Origin: Nitrospirota bacterium
Lineage (GTDB): Bacteria; Nitrospirota; UBA9217
Reading direction: 5' to 3'
Assembly (NCBI GenBank): GCA_963751455.1
Contig: CAVVUN010000003.1
Span: forward strand, 64,001-128,000
DNA length: 64,000 nt
A program made the position numbers and the translations under genes. How positions within the stretch are numbered: the stretch's first letter is position 1; each line of letters starts with the position of its first letter. Below are positions 10,516 through 20,622 of this stretch, in pieces. The notes beneath the pieces were generated by a model. The model worked only from the letters and a program-made list of their open reading frames with translations, did not search any database and had not been told where the DNA came from.

Positions 10516-10924
10516 AGCGATCACCTCCTGATTTGAGTTGTACATTTACTGCTGACTCCCGGATCCGGGCGCCTGTGATGAAGGCCCATGCGGCCATTCT
10601 CACCGTCGCCAGGCAGCAACGGCGCTGCAGGCAGGCGGATCAAAATCTGGCGGCGGGATATGTCTGAAACATATCGCAACATGAATGAATGTCAATTCGA
10701 CTACCGTATGTGCCCCACAATTCAGCACGATTTGAATACTAATACCTCATCCTCATTCCAATATTGAATAAGGTGCTACAAAAGAGAGCTGTGCGCATAA
10801 AGAGGACCGCACTCTGCGGGGGAGGGACCTGACGAGATATAGCCACGCAGGAATCGAGAGGTGATATAATTTGTTATTCTTCGATTAAAGATCGCGAGTG
10901 CTTTTTTTGCCGGGTAGCAGGAGC

Positions 10925-11879
10925 ATGGTTATGAAATTCGCAGCAGTAATTATCGGCATCGTCCTCATTCTTGTTGTCCTTTGGGATGCCTTCGAGACGG
11001 TCGTTTTCCCGCGCCGTGTGACACGGAGGCTCAGGCTCGTACGGCTTTTCTACAGGACCACCTGGCGATTCTGGACCGCAGCGGCCCGTGCTGTGCCATC
11101 ACAGAGAAAACAGGAAAACTACTTGAGTTATTTTGGTCCGCTTTCCCTGTCGCTTTTACTGGGATTTTGGGCGGCTGTCCAGATCACCGGCTTTGCACTT
11201 CTCTATTGGGCTCCGGGCAATGCCATACATACTCCCGAAGGGAACGCTGGTTTCGGGGCTTGCCTGTATTTCAGCGGCACGACCTTCTTCACCCTCGGCC
11301 TGGGAGACATCTCCCCGAACACGATGATCGCGCGTCTGCTCGTCGTACTCGAAGCCGGGATGGGGTTCGTCTTCCTGGCGCTCGTCATAAGCTATCTCCC
11401 TGCGCTCAACCAGTCCTTTTCCCGGCGGGAAGTTACCATCTCGCTCCTGGACGCGCGAGCAGGCTCTCCGCCGACGGCGGCAGAGATGCTGCTTCGGCAC
11501 GTTCAGGACAACGCCATCGATTCCCTTGCGCTGCTCCTCCATGACTGGGAACGCTGGTTCGCGGAGCTGCTCGAAAGCACCTTTCCTATCCGGTGCTCGT
11601 CTATTTCCGTTCCCAGCACGACAACCAGTCCTGGCTCGCGGCGCTGAGCGCGGTCCTTGACACCTGCGCGTTCGTCATATCCAGCCTGGAAGGAGAATGC
11701 GTGCGCCAGCCCTACGCCGGATGTACGAACCGTATGTACATGCCTTATCGAATCGCTTGCGGCTGTCTGTGCCGCCCTGGCTTCCTCCGTCAAGCCGGGC
11801 CGACAACTGGCAGGTGAGCGCGTGGGGAAGAAACGCCGGCTTTAAGAAGACCGATGGATCAAAGCGATCCGAAGAGTGA
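10925..11879 (+). pseudogene. Ion_trans_2 potassium-channel-family protein, frameshifted with an internal deletion
   Basis: Pore motif YFSGTTFFTLGLGD and LDARAGSPP. The frame changes at ELLES/(H)LSYPVLVYFRSQHDNQSW (about 11578) and again at CVRQ/LRRMYEPYV (about 11710). Ends DNWQVSAW. Confidence 0.75.
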
Positions 11880-11994
11880 CATTTCTGAACGAACGGCGGC
11901 CCTCCCCCCGGGTTCTGTACAGACTGGTTGAGAGTCTCGATGACGAGTCCTTCCCCACGTTCGTCAGGCCTGGTTCGCCGCCCTTTTCACCTCC

Positions 11995-12669
11995 CTAGGC
12001 GGCCTTTTGGATGAGCGCGGCCACCGCACTCGGCTGCGACACGTAGATCGAGTGACTGCCCGCGACCTCGACGACAGTCGAACCCGCGCGCTTGGACATG
12101 AAGCGCTGAGCCGCCGGTGGGATCATCTTGTCGTCGGTGGTAACCAGGTACCAGCTCGGCTTGGCCTTCCAGGCCGCCTCGGTGATCGTGCCGGTGAGCG
12201 CATCCACGCCCCATGGGACCTGGGAGTCTGCCATGAACATGGCCCTTTCCTGGTCCACGTCACCCGCAAATGAGGCGGGGAACTTCGCCTTGTCGAGGAA
12301 TAGATATCCGTCCTGCGGGGCCAGTATCGGAGGCACAGGCGCGCCCGGCGGCGGATCCTTGATAAGCGTGGACACCGACTCCCCCTTGTCCGGGGCAAAG
12401 GCGGCGATATAGACAAGGCCCGCTACCTTTGGATCGTTGCCGGCTTCGGTGATCACTGCTCCCCCGTAGGAGTGGCCGACGAGAACGACCGGGCCATCCT
12501 GCAAGGCAAGAATGCGCCTGGTTGCACCGACATCGTCGGCCAGAGATATCGTCGGATTCTGCACGATGCTGACCGTGTAGCCATCCTTCTTCAGGATCTT
12601 ATAGACGCCTTCCCAACCAGAGCCATCCACGAAGCCACCATGGACGAGAACGACGTTCGTTGTTTTCAT
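11995..12669 (-). CDS. Alpha/beta hydrolase (Abhydrolase_6)
   Basis: VLVHGGF, GHSYGG nucleophile elbow, DDKMIPP, GSH. SD AGGAG before 12669. Confidence 0.88.
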   Translation of the reverse strand: MKTTNVVLVHGGFVDGSGWEGVYKILKKDGYTVSIVQNPTISLADDVGATRRILALQDGPVVLVGHSYGGAVITEAGNDPKVAGLVYIAAFAPDKGESVSTLIKDPPPGAPVPPILAPQDGYLFLDKAKFPASFAGDVDQERAMFMADSQVPWGVDALTGTITEAAWKAKPSWYLVTTDDKMIPPAAQRFMSKRAGSTVVEVAGSHSIYVSQPSAVAALIQKAA

Positions 12670-12794
12670 TTGAAGTCTCCTTTCTTGTGTACTCTCCACG
12701 TGATATCGAGTCATTTCCTGCCCGCGCGGTAGCACAATTGTCTTCGTTCCTCGCCCTTTCGCATATTTCATTCAAGAACGAGAAGCCTATCTAA

Positions 12795-12847
12795 ACTCCC
12801 TGGTCGACCAATCCTTCTCATCGCGATATGCCGCATAGGTATTTCAC
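12795..12847 (-). pseudogene. Possible N-terminal scrap of a YciI/DGPF-family protein
   Basis: GTG-KYLC then, after a frameshift, AYRDEKDW. Preceded by GGAG. YciI genes are common next to VOC/DHFR genes. Confidence 0.35.
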
Positions 12848-12867
12848 AGTTGGTTGTTCTCCATAGT

Positions 12868-13536
12868 TTATTTTCCCTCTTTCAGTCGCTTCCGTCTTGC
12901 CAGTTCTGCCTCGGTCGGTTTTTCAAGAGCAAAAGAGCCCGTTTTGACTTCTCCTGCGCGTACGTATGAGGCAACGATTACCCCGCTTGGTGAAATCTCG
13001 CTTTCAAGCAATTTGAATCCCACGGGGATCGTGCCTTCGCCAAACAGGCGCTTTCCCCTGCCGAGCGTGATGGGGAATATTTTCAGCCAAAGCTCGTCAA
13101 CGAGGTCGTGTTTCAAAAGAGTTTGAATAAGACCACCGCTGCCATGAACTTGTATTTCAGGCCCGTCCTGCTCCTTAAGCTTTTTAACTCCTTTCGCGAC
13201 ATCTCCCTTGATGAGCTCGGAATTGCTCCAGTCAAACTTTGTCAGCGTCTTTGAAGCTACATATTTTTTCGCCTTATTGATTCCGGCTGCAATGGGATCC
13301 TTGTCAATATTCACATACGGCCAGTGCGCCGCGAATATCTCATACGTCCTTCTGCCGAGCAATAAATCAAAGGGTTTATTCATTTGCTCGTCCATCACTC
13401 TGCCGAGGAAGTCATCAAAGTAGGGAGCGACCCAGCCGCCGTGCTTGAACTCGCCGGTGGGATCCTCGTCTGGTCCGCCCGGGGCCTGGATCACCCCGTC
13501 AAGGCTTATGAACGTCAGAACAACAAGTTTTCTTAT
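12868..13536 (-). CDS. Dihydrofolate reductase family (RibD C-terminal-like) protein; start position is ATA
   Basis: In-frame extension of the track ORF gives (I)RKLVVLTFISLDGVIQAPGG. Motifs LLGRRTY, GSGGLIQ, GRGKRLF. GGAGG SD 5 nt before ATA 13536. Confidence 0.8.
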   Translation of the reverse strand: MRKLVVLTFISLDGVIQAPGGPDEDPTGEFKHGGWVAPYFDDFLGRVMDEQMNKPFDLLLGRRTYEIFAAHWPYVNIDKDPIAAGINKAKKYVASKTLTKFDWSNSELIKGDVAKGVKKLKEQDGPEIQVHGSGGLIQTLLKHDLVDELWLKIFPITLGRGKRLFGEGTIPVGFKLLESEISPSGVIVASYVRAGEVKTGSFALEKPTEAELARRKRLKEGK

Positions 13537-13976
13537 TTATTCCTCCTCGTAAGCCCGTTTGAGGGCCGCAATGTCGAATTTCTTCATCGGGAGAAACGTT
13601 TTGATCACGCGCGCGATCTGCCCGGGGGGCACCCTTCGTCATCATTTCCTCCATTACGGTCGGACTGACTTGCCACGAAAGACCGTACGAGAGTTTCTCC
13701 CAGAGCACATCAAGATTTTTTCCCGCGTTCCTATCCCTCGACGGATCGAAATTCACAATAAACGATATGGACGGATTTAAGCGGCCCCGCGTTGATGGCC
13801 ATAAAAGGGTGGCTGTTCAATTCGAAAGAAACAATGTCGGGGTCTCCCGTCGGAGTTGGAACCTCATGGAGCGTCGTTATGTTCGTGATCCTGGAATTCG
13901 GGAAAATGGAAGTATAAAACCCGGCCGCTTCTGCAGCTTCCTTGTCGAACCATAAATGTGGGGTAATTTTTTGCAT
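13537..13976 (-). pseudogene. VOC/PhnB-like (3-dmu-9-3-mt) protein, frameshifted with an internal deletion
   Basis: [27 protein letters not shown], then LWEKLS/YGLSWQV, then [16 protein letters not shown] across three frames. Confidence 0.78.
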
Positions 13977-14334
13977 ATATAGCCCTCCTTTCCATATTAT
14001 ATACAAAAAAAACATCGCGCTTTCAGCTCACAACCCCGGTTTCACGACCATAGCGAACATTGCGGCTGCAAGTACGAGGACGCTGTTCAGGCTGAGCCTG
14101 CGGACAGGTCTTTTGTATGGACCAAAGAGCATGCGTCGGAGCCGGGAATACTTGCGCACTCTTCCGCAGACACTGTCTCTTTTAAAACAACTCATTCTTG
14201 TTGCCATTCGCCATTTTGAGTCTTATTATGATAGGGAGAATAGTAATTAGTTTACGAATAAATTGTGCAACTTTTGATTTATCCTTGTGGATGGCTGCTT
14301 TTTTACAAACGAGCATAACATAAGCTGCGTTGAC

Positions 14335-14422
14335 ATCATTCCGCGAGTCCCCGTACTTTGATACTGGGGAATCCGGGACTTTTCAGCAAAACGCCTGGAG
14401 TCCCGCTTTCCGGAAATGATGA
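14335..14422. repeat. Degenerate GTCATTCCCGC..GGGAATCC-type (dRS3/RPE-like) palindromic repeat
   Basis: atcattccgcg..ggggaatcc ... ctggagtcccgctttccggaaatgat in inverted arrangement. Confidence 0.45.
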
Positions 14423-14472
14423 ACGAAGTGGCGTTACTACCATGTCTTACAGACATAAAAAGAAGTAACTCG

Positions 14473-16974
14473 ATGTCCAAAGGAAAATTTTATATATTGG
14501 CCGCTCTCTGTGCAGTAACTTTCATCTTCACTTCATTCGTCCTGCCCTCGCCTTCATTCGCCGCGTCAGCCGAAGTCAAGATCGGCGTTCTAGCATACCG
14601 CGGCAGGCAGGCTGCGAATGCAAAATGGTCAGAGACGGCTTCCTTCTTGACGCAAAAGATTCCCCGGCATGTGTTTAAGATCGTACCCCTGGACTTCGAT
14701 GAAATCGGTCCCGCAATCAGCAGGGGCGAAGTTGACTTCGTCATTACAAACCCGGAGATTTATGTGGAACTTGAAGCCCGCTACGGCGTGACGAGAATAG
14801 CAACTCTGAAGAACAAAACCAAAAACGGACCTTTCAAGATCTTCGGCGGCGTGATCTTTACGGGCGCGGACCGGACCGACATAAGTGATTTGAACGACCT
14901 GAAGGGAAAAAAATTCATAGCTGTTGACGAAACCTCGCTGGGCGGGTGGACTATGGCATGGCGCGAACTCGAGGCGAACGGCATCAAGCCGCACAGGGAC
15001 TTCGCAAAACTCTCCTTCGGGCAGACCCACGATGCCGTGGTCTATGCGGTTGGAAACGGAAGCGCTGATGCGGGCACCGTGCGCTCGGACACGCTTGAGC
15101 GGATGCAGGACGAGGGAAAGATCGACATGCGTCGTTTTCGCATCCTGAACGAGAAGAAGGTAAAAAATTTTCCGTTTGCTTTAAGCACGAGGCTTTATCC
15201 TGAGTGGCCGTTCTCCAAAGTCCGGCATGCCTCGGACGAACTTGCGCAAAGCGTGCTGATTGCGCTGATAAGCATGCATAAAGATGATCGCGCGGCGATA
15301 TCAGCCAGCATCGAAGGGTGGACCATTCCTCTGGACTACCAGCCCGTGCATGAGCTTATGAAAGAGCTTCGTCTCGGACCATACGAGGATTACGGAAAAG
15401 TGAGCCTCTCATCGGCGATCCTGCAGCATTGGCGCTGGTTTTTTCTGGTCCAGTTTGTCCTCCTGATCATGACGCTTGTCACGCTCTATGTTGTCCGGCT
15501 GAACCGAACACTGCGGAGTCAAAGAACCGAGTTGATAGCCGCAAAGGAAGCAGCCGATGCCGCGAACCGGGCCAAGAGCGTTTTTCTGGCCAATATGAGC
15601 CATGAGCTCAGGACTCCGCTCAATGCCGTGCTCGGGTTCTCACGGGTGATGAAGAGCGCTCCCGACACGACCGAGAGGCAGTGGGAGCATTTAAGCATCA
15701 TCACCCGGAGCGGCGAACATCTGCTGAATTTGATCAACAATATCCTCGATATGTCCAAGATCGAGGCCGGCCGGGCGGAACTGGAGCAGGAGGACGTCGA
15801 TCTGCATCAGATGATGCACGAGATGCAATCGCTGATGTACGTGCGGGCAAATGAGAAAGGACTGGATTTTATCGTGGAGCAATCCCCGGAGCTCCCGCGC
15901 TATATCACGACTGATCAGGGCAAGCTGCGCCAGGTGCTGATCAACCTGATCGGCAACGCCATCAAGTACACCCAAAAGGGCGTGGTGCTGCTGCGGGCCG
16001 CTGCCATAGACCGGGAAGCGCCCGGACGTGCACGGGTGCGATTCGAGATAGAGGATTCGGGCCCCGGCGTTCCGCCGGAAGACAGGGAGCGCATATTCCT
16101 CCCCTTTGTTCAGCTGGAGGGCAGGCCGCCCGGAGAGGCAGGCTCCGGATTGGGGCTGGCCATAAGCAAGCAGTATGTCGAACTGATGGGAGGAACGATC
16201 GGCGTTGAAAGCGAGCCGGGCAGCGGGTCGCGGTTCCGGTTCGAGGTGCCGGTGGACATTCCCGCGATGCGGGAAGTTCCCACTGTCCCGCAGCAAGGCC
16301 GCGTGAGCGGCCTGGCAGGAGAACACCCGCGCTACCGTATCCTTATCGTGGAAGACCAGGCGGAGAATCGGCTGCTGCTGCACAAGCTGCTGGAGCCGCT
16401 CGGCCTCGAACTGCGCGAAGCGGTGAACGGACAGGAGGCCGTTGCGCTTGCAGAAAAGTGGCATCCGCACCTGATCTGGATGGACATCCGCATGCCGGTA
16501 ATGGACGGGCTCGAGGCCACCCGGCGGATCAAGGCTGCCCGGAACAGCCCTGTCCCGAAAATCATCGCGGTCACCGCCCATGCCCTTGAACAGGAACGGC
16601 GCGAGATACTTGCTGCGGGATGCGACGATTTCATTCGAAAGCCCTACCGCGAAATAGAAATCTTCGACGCCATGGCGAGACATATCGGCCTGAAATACAG
16701 GCATGCAGGCGAACGGATTGATGAACGCGTCGGGGCAGCTCTCGCGCTGCAGCCCGGAGAGCTGTCCGTATTGTCAGCCGACCTGCGAAAGGAACTCTAT
16801 CAGGCCGTGGTCGAGTTGGACACCGACCGGACTCTTGCATTGATCGAAAAGGTCCGGAAAGACAATCCCGCGCTGGCCGCTTCCCTGGAGGCGCTTGCGA
16901 AGAGGCTTGATTACGACAGGTTGCTGAGGCTGCTGGAAAGCCCGGATGCGAAGCCTGCGGGAGAAGCGGCATGA
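14473..16974 (+). CDS. Hybrid sensor histidine kinase: PhnD/TtrS-like periplasmic domain, TM, HisKA, HATPase, REC
   Basis: Signal peptide, [55 protein letters not shown]. Confidence 0.9.
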   Translation: MSKGKFYILAALCAVTFIFTSFVLPSPSFAASAEVKIGVLAYRGRQAANAKWSETASFLTQKIPRHVFKIVPLDFDEIGPAISRGEVDFVITNPEIYVELEARYGVTRIATLKNKTKNGPFKIFGGVIFTGADRTDISDLNDLKGKKFIAVDETSLGGWTMAWRELEANGIKPHRDFAKLSFGQTHDAVVYAVGNGSADAGTVRSDTLERMQDEGKIDMRRFRILNEKKVKNFPFALSTRLYPEWPFSKVRHASDELAQSVLIALISMHKDDRAAISASIEGWTIPLDYQPVHELMKELRLGPYEDYGKVSLSSAILQHWRWFFLVQFVLLIMTLVTLYVVRLNRTLRSQRTELIAAKEAADAANRAKSVFLANMSHELRTPLNAVLGFSRVMKSAPDTTERQWEHLSIITRSGEHLLNLINNILDMSKIEAGRAELEQEDVDLHQMMHEMQSLMYVRANEKGLDFIVEQSPELPRYITTDQGKLRQVLINLIGNAIKYTQKGVVLLRAAAIDREAPGRARVRFEIEDSGPGVPPEDRERIFLPFVQLEGRPPGEAGSGLGLAISKQYVELMGGTIGVESEPGSGSRFRFEVPVDIPAMREVPTVPQQGRVSGLAGEHPRYRILIVEDQAENRLLLHKLLEPLGLELREAVNGQEAVALAEKWHPHLIWMDIRMPVMDGLEATRRIKAARNSPVPKIIAVTAHALEQERREILAAGCDDFIRKPYREIEIFDAMARHIGLKYRHAGERIDERVGAALALQPGELSVLSADLRKELYQAVVELDTDRTLALIEKVRKDNPALAASLEALAKRLDYDRLLRLLESPDAKPAGEAA

Positions 16975-17105
16975 TCCTTGGAAGGCAATAACGAGCTATA
17001 TGCTCAGAGATGAATACCAGTATCTTGATAAAAGCATTTATCCGCAGACTTCGCAGATGTATGCAGATATAAAGAATGCCTGCGTCTTTGGAGCCAGGTG
17101 ATTCG

Positions 17106-19463
17106 ATGGAACAGAAAGAGATCCTCGTAGTAGACGACTCGCCGGCCAGCCTGCAGTTGTTGACCGGTATACTCACGGACCGGGGCTATCGGGTGCGCCC
17201 GGCCTCGGGCGGCACTCTCGCTTTGCGGTCCGCGGCTGCAAGACAGCCGGACTTGATTCTGCTCGATGTAAGAATGCCCGACTTGGACGGGTTCGAGGTC
17301 TGCCGCCGGCTGAAGTCGGACGAGAAGACCAGGAGCATCCCGGTGCTGTTCATCAGCGCAGCGGGCGAGACCCTCGACAAAGTCACCGGTTTCGAGGCCG
17401 GCGGTGTAGATTATATTACCAAGCCGTTCCAGGCCGATGAAGTGGCGGCGCGGGTCGGCACCCAGTTGCGGTTACGCGATATGGCAAAGAGGCTTCAGGA
17501 AGCAAAAGAATCTCTTGAAAAACGGGTCGAAGAGCGGACAGCGGAACTCGCGTCGGCAAACAGGGTGCTCGAGAAGGAAATCACCGAACGCAGGCGCGCC
17601 GAGCAGGAAATGCAGCGTCTTACCAGGCGGATCGAGCTTATCCTGAACTCAGCCGGCGAGGGCATATTCGGACTCGATATGGACGGCAATTACACGTTCA
17701 TGAACAAAGCTGCTGCCGCGATGCTGGGCTACGGGGACAGGGAGCTTTTCGGGAAGCACAGCCACACCTGCATACACTTTAAACACGCGGATGGAACCCC
17801 CTATCCCGAGGAAGCATGCCTGACATACGCCGCTTTCCGCGACGGCGAGGTCCACCGTGTGGATGATGAATGTTTCTGCAGAAAGGACGGCACTTTCTTC
17901 CCGATCGAATACACCAGTACTCCCATTCTCGAGAACGGGAAAATATCCGGCGCAGTCGTGAACTTCAAGGATACCACCGAACGCCGCCGTGCGGAAGACG
18001 CCCTTAAGCTCATTCAGTTCTCTGTTGATCGGGCATCTGTCTCCGTCTTCCTGATCGGCCCGGACGCGCGTCTGCTCTATGTGAATGAGCAGGCCTGCCG
18101 TACTCTCGGATATAGCCGGCAGGAGCTGCTGTCCAGCACGGTCTACGATCTGGACCCGAATTTTCCCTCGTCCGGCTGGGAAGCGCACTGGGCCGGCATC
18201 AAAAAAGAAGGCTTCAGGCATTTAGAGACGTTGCACCGAAGAAAGGATGGAACGCTCATCGCCGTAAGCGTTTCCGTCAATTTTGTGGCATTCGGAGGGA
18301 AAGAGTACCAGTGGGCATTCGCGCAGGACATCTCCGAGCGAAAACGAACGGAAAACGAGCTCAAACAGTCATATCAACTGACGAAAACCATTATCGACAG
18401 CATGAACGACGCGATCTCGCTCATTGATGTGCGCGATTTCACGTTAATCGGCGTCAACAGCGTATTTCTGAAGGAATACGGCTTTTCTGATGAATCGGAA
18501 GTCTTGGGAAAGCACTGTTATGAGATAACCCATCGCCGGAAGGATTTCTGCACTGCGCCGGACGATATATGCCCGCTGGCGGAGACGGTCAAGTCCGGGG
18601 GGCACTTCGCGGTCGATCATGTCCATTACGGCGCACAGGGAGAAAAGATCTACGTGGAGGTTACAACGTCTCCGATAACCGACGAGAACGGAAAAGTGGT
18701 TCAGGTCGTCCATGTCTCACGAGACATCACTGAGCGCAAGCGGGCGGAGCAGGAGCGGGAACGCATGCTTGCCGATATTGCACGCTCGAATAAGGAGCTG
18801 GAGCAGTTCGCTTATGTCGCGTCCCACGACCTGCAGGAGCCTCTCCGCATGGTTGCGGCTTACATGGGTCTTCTCGAGAAGAAGTACCATGGGCGGCTCG
18901 ACGATAAAGCAGACAGGTACATACACTTCGCGGTGGATGGCGCACTCCGGATGCAGAGGCTGATCGACGGACTGCTGGCATACTCCCGCATTGCTTCACG
19001 GGGAAGCCCCTTTAGACCGGTAGATCTGAACCATGTTTTTGAGGATGCGGTCAAGAATCTTTCCGAAGCGGTCCGGGAAAGCAGCGCCAGGATCACAAAA
19101 GACGACCTGCCTGTCGTAACCGCGGATGAAACGCAGATGCTGCAGCTCTTCCAGAACCTGATTGCGAACGCTATAAAGTTCAGAACGCCGGATGCGCCTC
19201 CCGAGATCCACATTGCGGCCGGAAAGAAAGGAAACGAATGGACGTTCCGCGTGCGGGACAACGGGATAGGGATTGAAAGCGAATACTTCGACAGGGTATT
19301 TCAGATATTTCAGCGGCTGCACTCTCCGCAGGAATATGCCGGAACAGGAATAGGACTTGCGGTCTGCAAAAAAATCGTGGAACGCCACCGCGGCCGCATC
19401 TGGATTGAATCGGCCCCAGGAAAAGGCTCAACATTTTTCTTTACGATTCCTTCGCCACATTGA
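17106..19463 (+). CDS. Cytoplasmic REC-PAS-PAS-PAS histidine kinase
   Basis: ILVVDD..LLDVRMP..KPF, three PAS/PAC repeats, SHDLQEPLR, NLIANAIKF, GTGIGL. Confidence 0.9.
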   Translation: MEQKEILVVDDSPASLQLLTGILTDRGYRVRPASGGTLALRSAAARQPDLILLDVRMPDLDGFEVCRRLKSDEKTRSIPVLFISAAGETLDKVTGFEAGGVDYITKPFQADEVAARVGTQLRLRDMAKRLQEAKESLEKRVEERTAELASANRVLEKEITERRRAEQEMQRLTRRIELILNSAGEGIFGLDMDGNYTFMNKAAAAMLGYGDRELFGKHSHTCIHFKHADGTPYPEEACLTYAAFRDGEVHRVDDECFCRKDGTFFPIEYTSTPILENGKISGAVVNFKDTTERRRAEDALKLIQFSVDRASVSVFLIGPDARLLYVNEQACRTLGYSRQELLSSTVYDLDPNFPSSGWEAHWAGIKKEGFRHLETLHRRKDGTLIAVSVSVNFVAFGGKEYQWAFAQDISERKRTENELKQSYQLTKTIIDSMNDAISLIDVRDFTLIGVNSVFLKEYGFSDESEVLGKHCYEITHRRKDFCTAPDDICPLAETVKSGGHFAVDHVHYGAQGEKIYVEVTTSPITDENGKVVQVVHVSRDITERKRAEQERERMLADIARSNKELEQFAYVASHDLQEPLRMVAAYMGLLEKKYHGRLDDKADRYIHFAVDGALRMQRLIDGLLAYSRIASRGSPFRPVDLNHVFEDAVKNLSEAVRESSARITKDDLPVVTADETQMLQLFQNLIANAIKFRTPDAPPEIHIAAGKKGNEWTFRVRDNGIGIESEYFDRVFQIFQRLHSPQEYAGTGIGLAVCKKIVERHRGRIWIESAPGKGSTFFFTIPSPH

Positions 19464-19489
19464 AGCCGACAGGCGACGGGAAGCGAGTG

Positions 19490-19545
19490 GGCGTCTCCAA
19501 CTTTAACCGCCTGAGAGTACCCGTACCCTGCTTCCACCGCATTCC
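19490..19545 (-). pseudogene. RidA/YjgF-family fragment
   Basis: VEAGYGYSQAVKVGD is the RidA-subfamily N-terminal motif. The rest of the gene is absent. Confidence 0.45.
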
Positions 19546-19574
19546 AAAGATCTTTGGTGATCAATATTGAGGAC

Positions 19575-19863
19575 AGCTACGTCCCGGCGATTTACCGGAT
19601 AAAACCGGTGGCGCTACGGCATCCGGTACGACACGCTCGATCTGTTTTCCGACACCTACAAACTGGCCGGCGTCGATCAGAATTTCGGCAAGCCGCACCG
19701 GCAAACCGTGAGTGCTGAATTCAACCCGTCAGAGTTCACGCGCATCAGGCTGCAGCTTGCGCATGATCTGTCCGATCCTTCAGGCCGAACGAACAATGAG
19801 GCGGTCCTGCCGTTCAACTTCGGCATCGGCGCTCACGGGTCCGCTTCGCGGACACACAGGTAA
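19575..19863 (+). pseudogene. C-terminal fragment of an outer-membrane beta-barrel (metal-uptake porin-like)
   Basis: Manual translation RWRYGIRYD...EFNPSEFTRIRLQ...FNFGIGAHG. No start codon or N-terminus. Confidence 0.5.
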
Positions 19864-20029
19864 ACCAGTTTTAATCTTGGCTCTCAACTCTGCATTTATG
19901 CGTGTGCGGCGAAGCCGCCCGTGGCTAATAATATCTTTGTTCCGGCTAGCCCGGGTCAGGAGAATAAAAATGAAAAATAATATTTCTGAGCCTGCTGTTT
20001 TCACTTCTTGTGGCGACACCCGCCTTTGC

Positions 20030-20149
20030 CACACACAGGGGCCGGGCGCCACATACGGACTCGGACAAGGCGGCGCAGGCGGAGCGTATAAGCCGGCGGC
20101 TGATGAAGACCCCTCCGTCGTTTCTATCGGTTTAAATTTCACCTTTTAA
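20030..20149 (+). pseudogene. C-terminal fragment of a general (Porin_4-type) porin
   Basis: ...ATYGLGQGGAGG...VVSIGLNFTF* ends in a terminal-Phe beta signal. Confidence 0.45.
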
Positions 20150-20374
20150 ATATTTTCTGAATGCCTTCATCGAAGTGGAGGGCGGAAAACCCCCGTAAAT
20201 CCGGAATGTCATCTCTAAGGCCCGGCATTCCACCCGCGCGGTCTCGAAAAAATCCTCCGGTACACGTCTCGCCTCAACCTGCCTCTTTATATTACGGAAA
20301 ACGGCATCGCGTCTCATGAGGAGGGACCGCATGCCTTTTCCTTCTTTGCAAAAAGTTCCCTTGATATCGAAGAG

Positions 20375-20560
20375 CACGGTGCAGAAGCCGCCTTTGACGC
20401 CCACATAGGAGTTGCGGAGCGAAAGAGTGTTCACGCTTGTCGTGCTGACCGCGCCGGTGGTCGTGTTGGTTACACCTGTTGCCACCGATGAGGTCGTGCC
20501 GTCCATATTGACCCCGAGTTCCAACTGGTACACGGTGGAGAGGCCATTGCCCAGGTACCG
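20375..20560 (-). pseudogene. N-terminal-region fragment of a general (Porin_4-type) porin
   Basis: LGNGLSTVYQLELGVNMDG...LRNSYVGVKGGFCTVLF matches the classic porin strands DLGNGL.A..Q.E and R.S.VGL.GGFG.V. Confidence 0.6.
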
Positions 20561-20622
20561 TAACGAATGATTCATGCTTCATCAAGTCGCGTCAGTTACT
20601 CTGATTGTCCACCCTCCACATG

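Noticed and set aside
10820-10870. Possible hammerhead ribozyme (CTGACGAG core)
   Set aside because: The following motif is GAGA, not GAAA, and no convincing stems I/III or cleavage triplet could be drawn.
500-14000. Integron cassette array (co-oriented accessory genes plus toxin-antitoxin modules)
   Set aside because: No repeated attC sites between genes. The only CTAAC..GTTAG pair (about 4033-4050) has a 5-nt spacer, far too short. No integrase is present.
14010-14160. Minus-strand fragment ending AMFAMVVKPGL* (DUF2269-like C-terminus)
   Set aside because: Too short and degenerate to support without a search.
19625-19633. GGTACGACA motif as another copy of the hairpin element
   Set aside because: It lies in the reading frame of the barrel fragment (R-Y-D-T) with no flanking stems, so it is probably chance.
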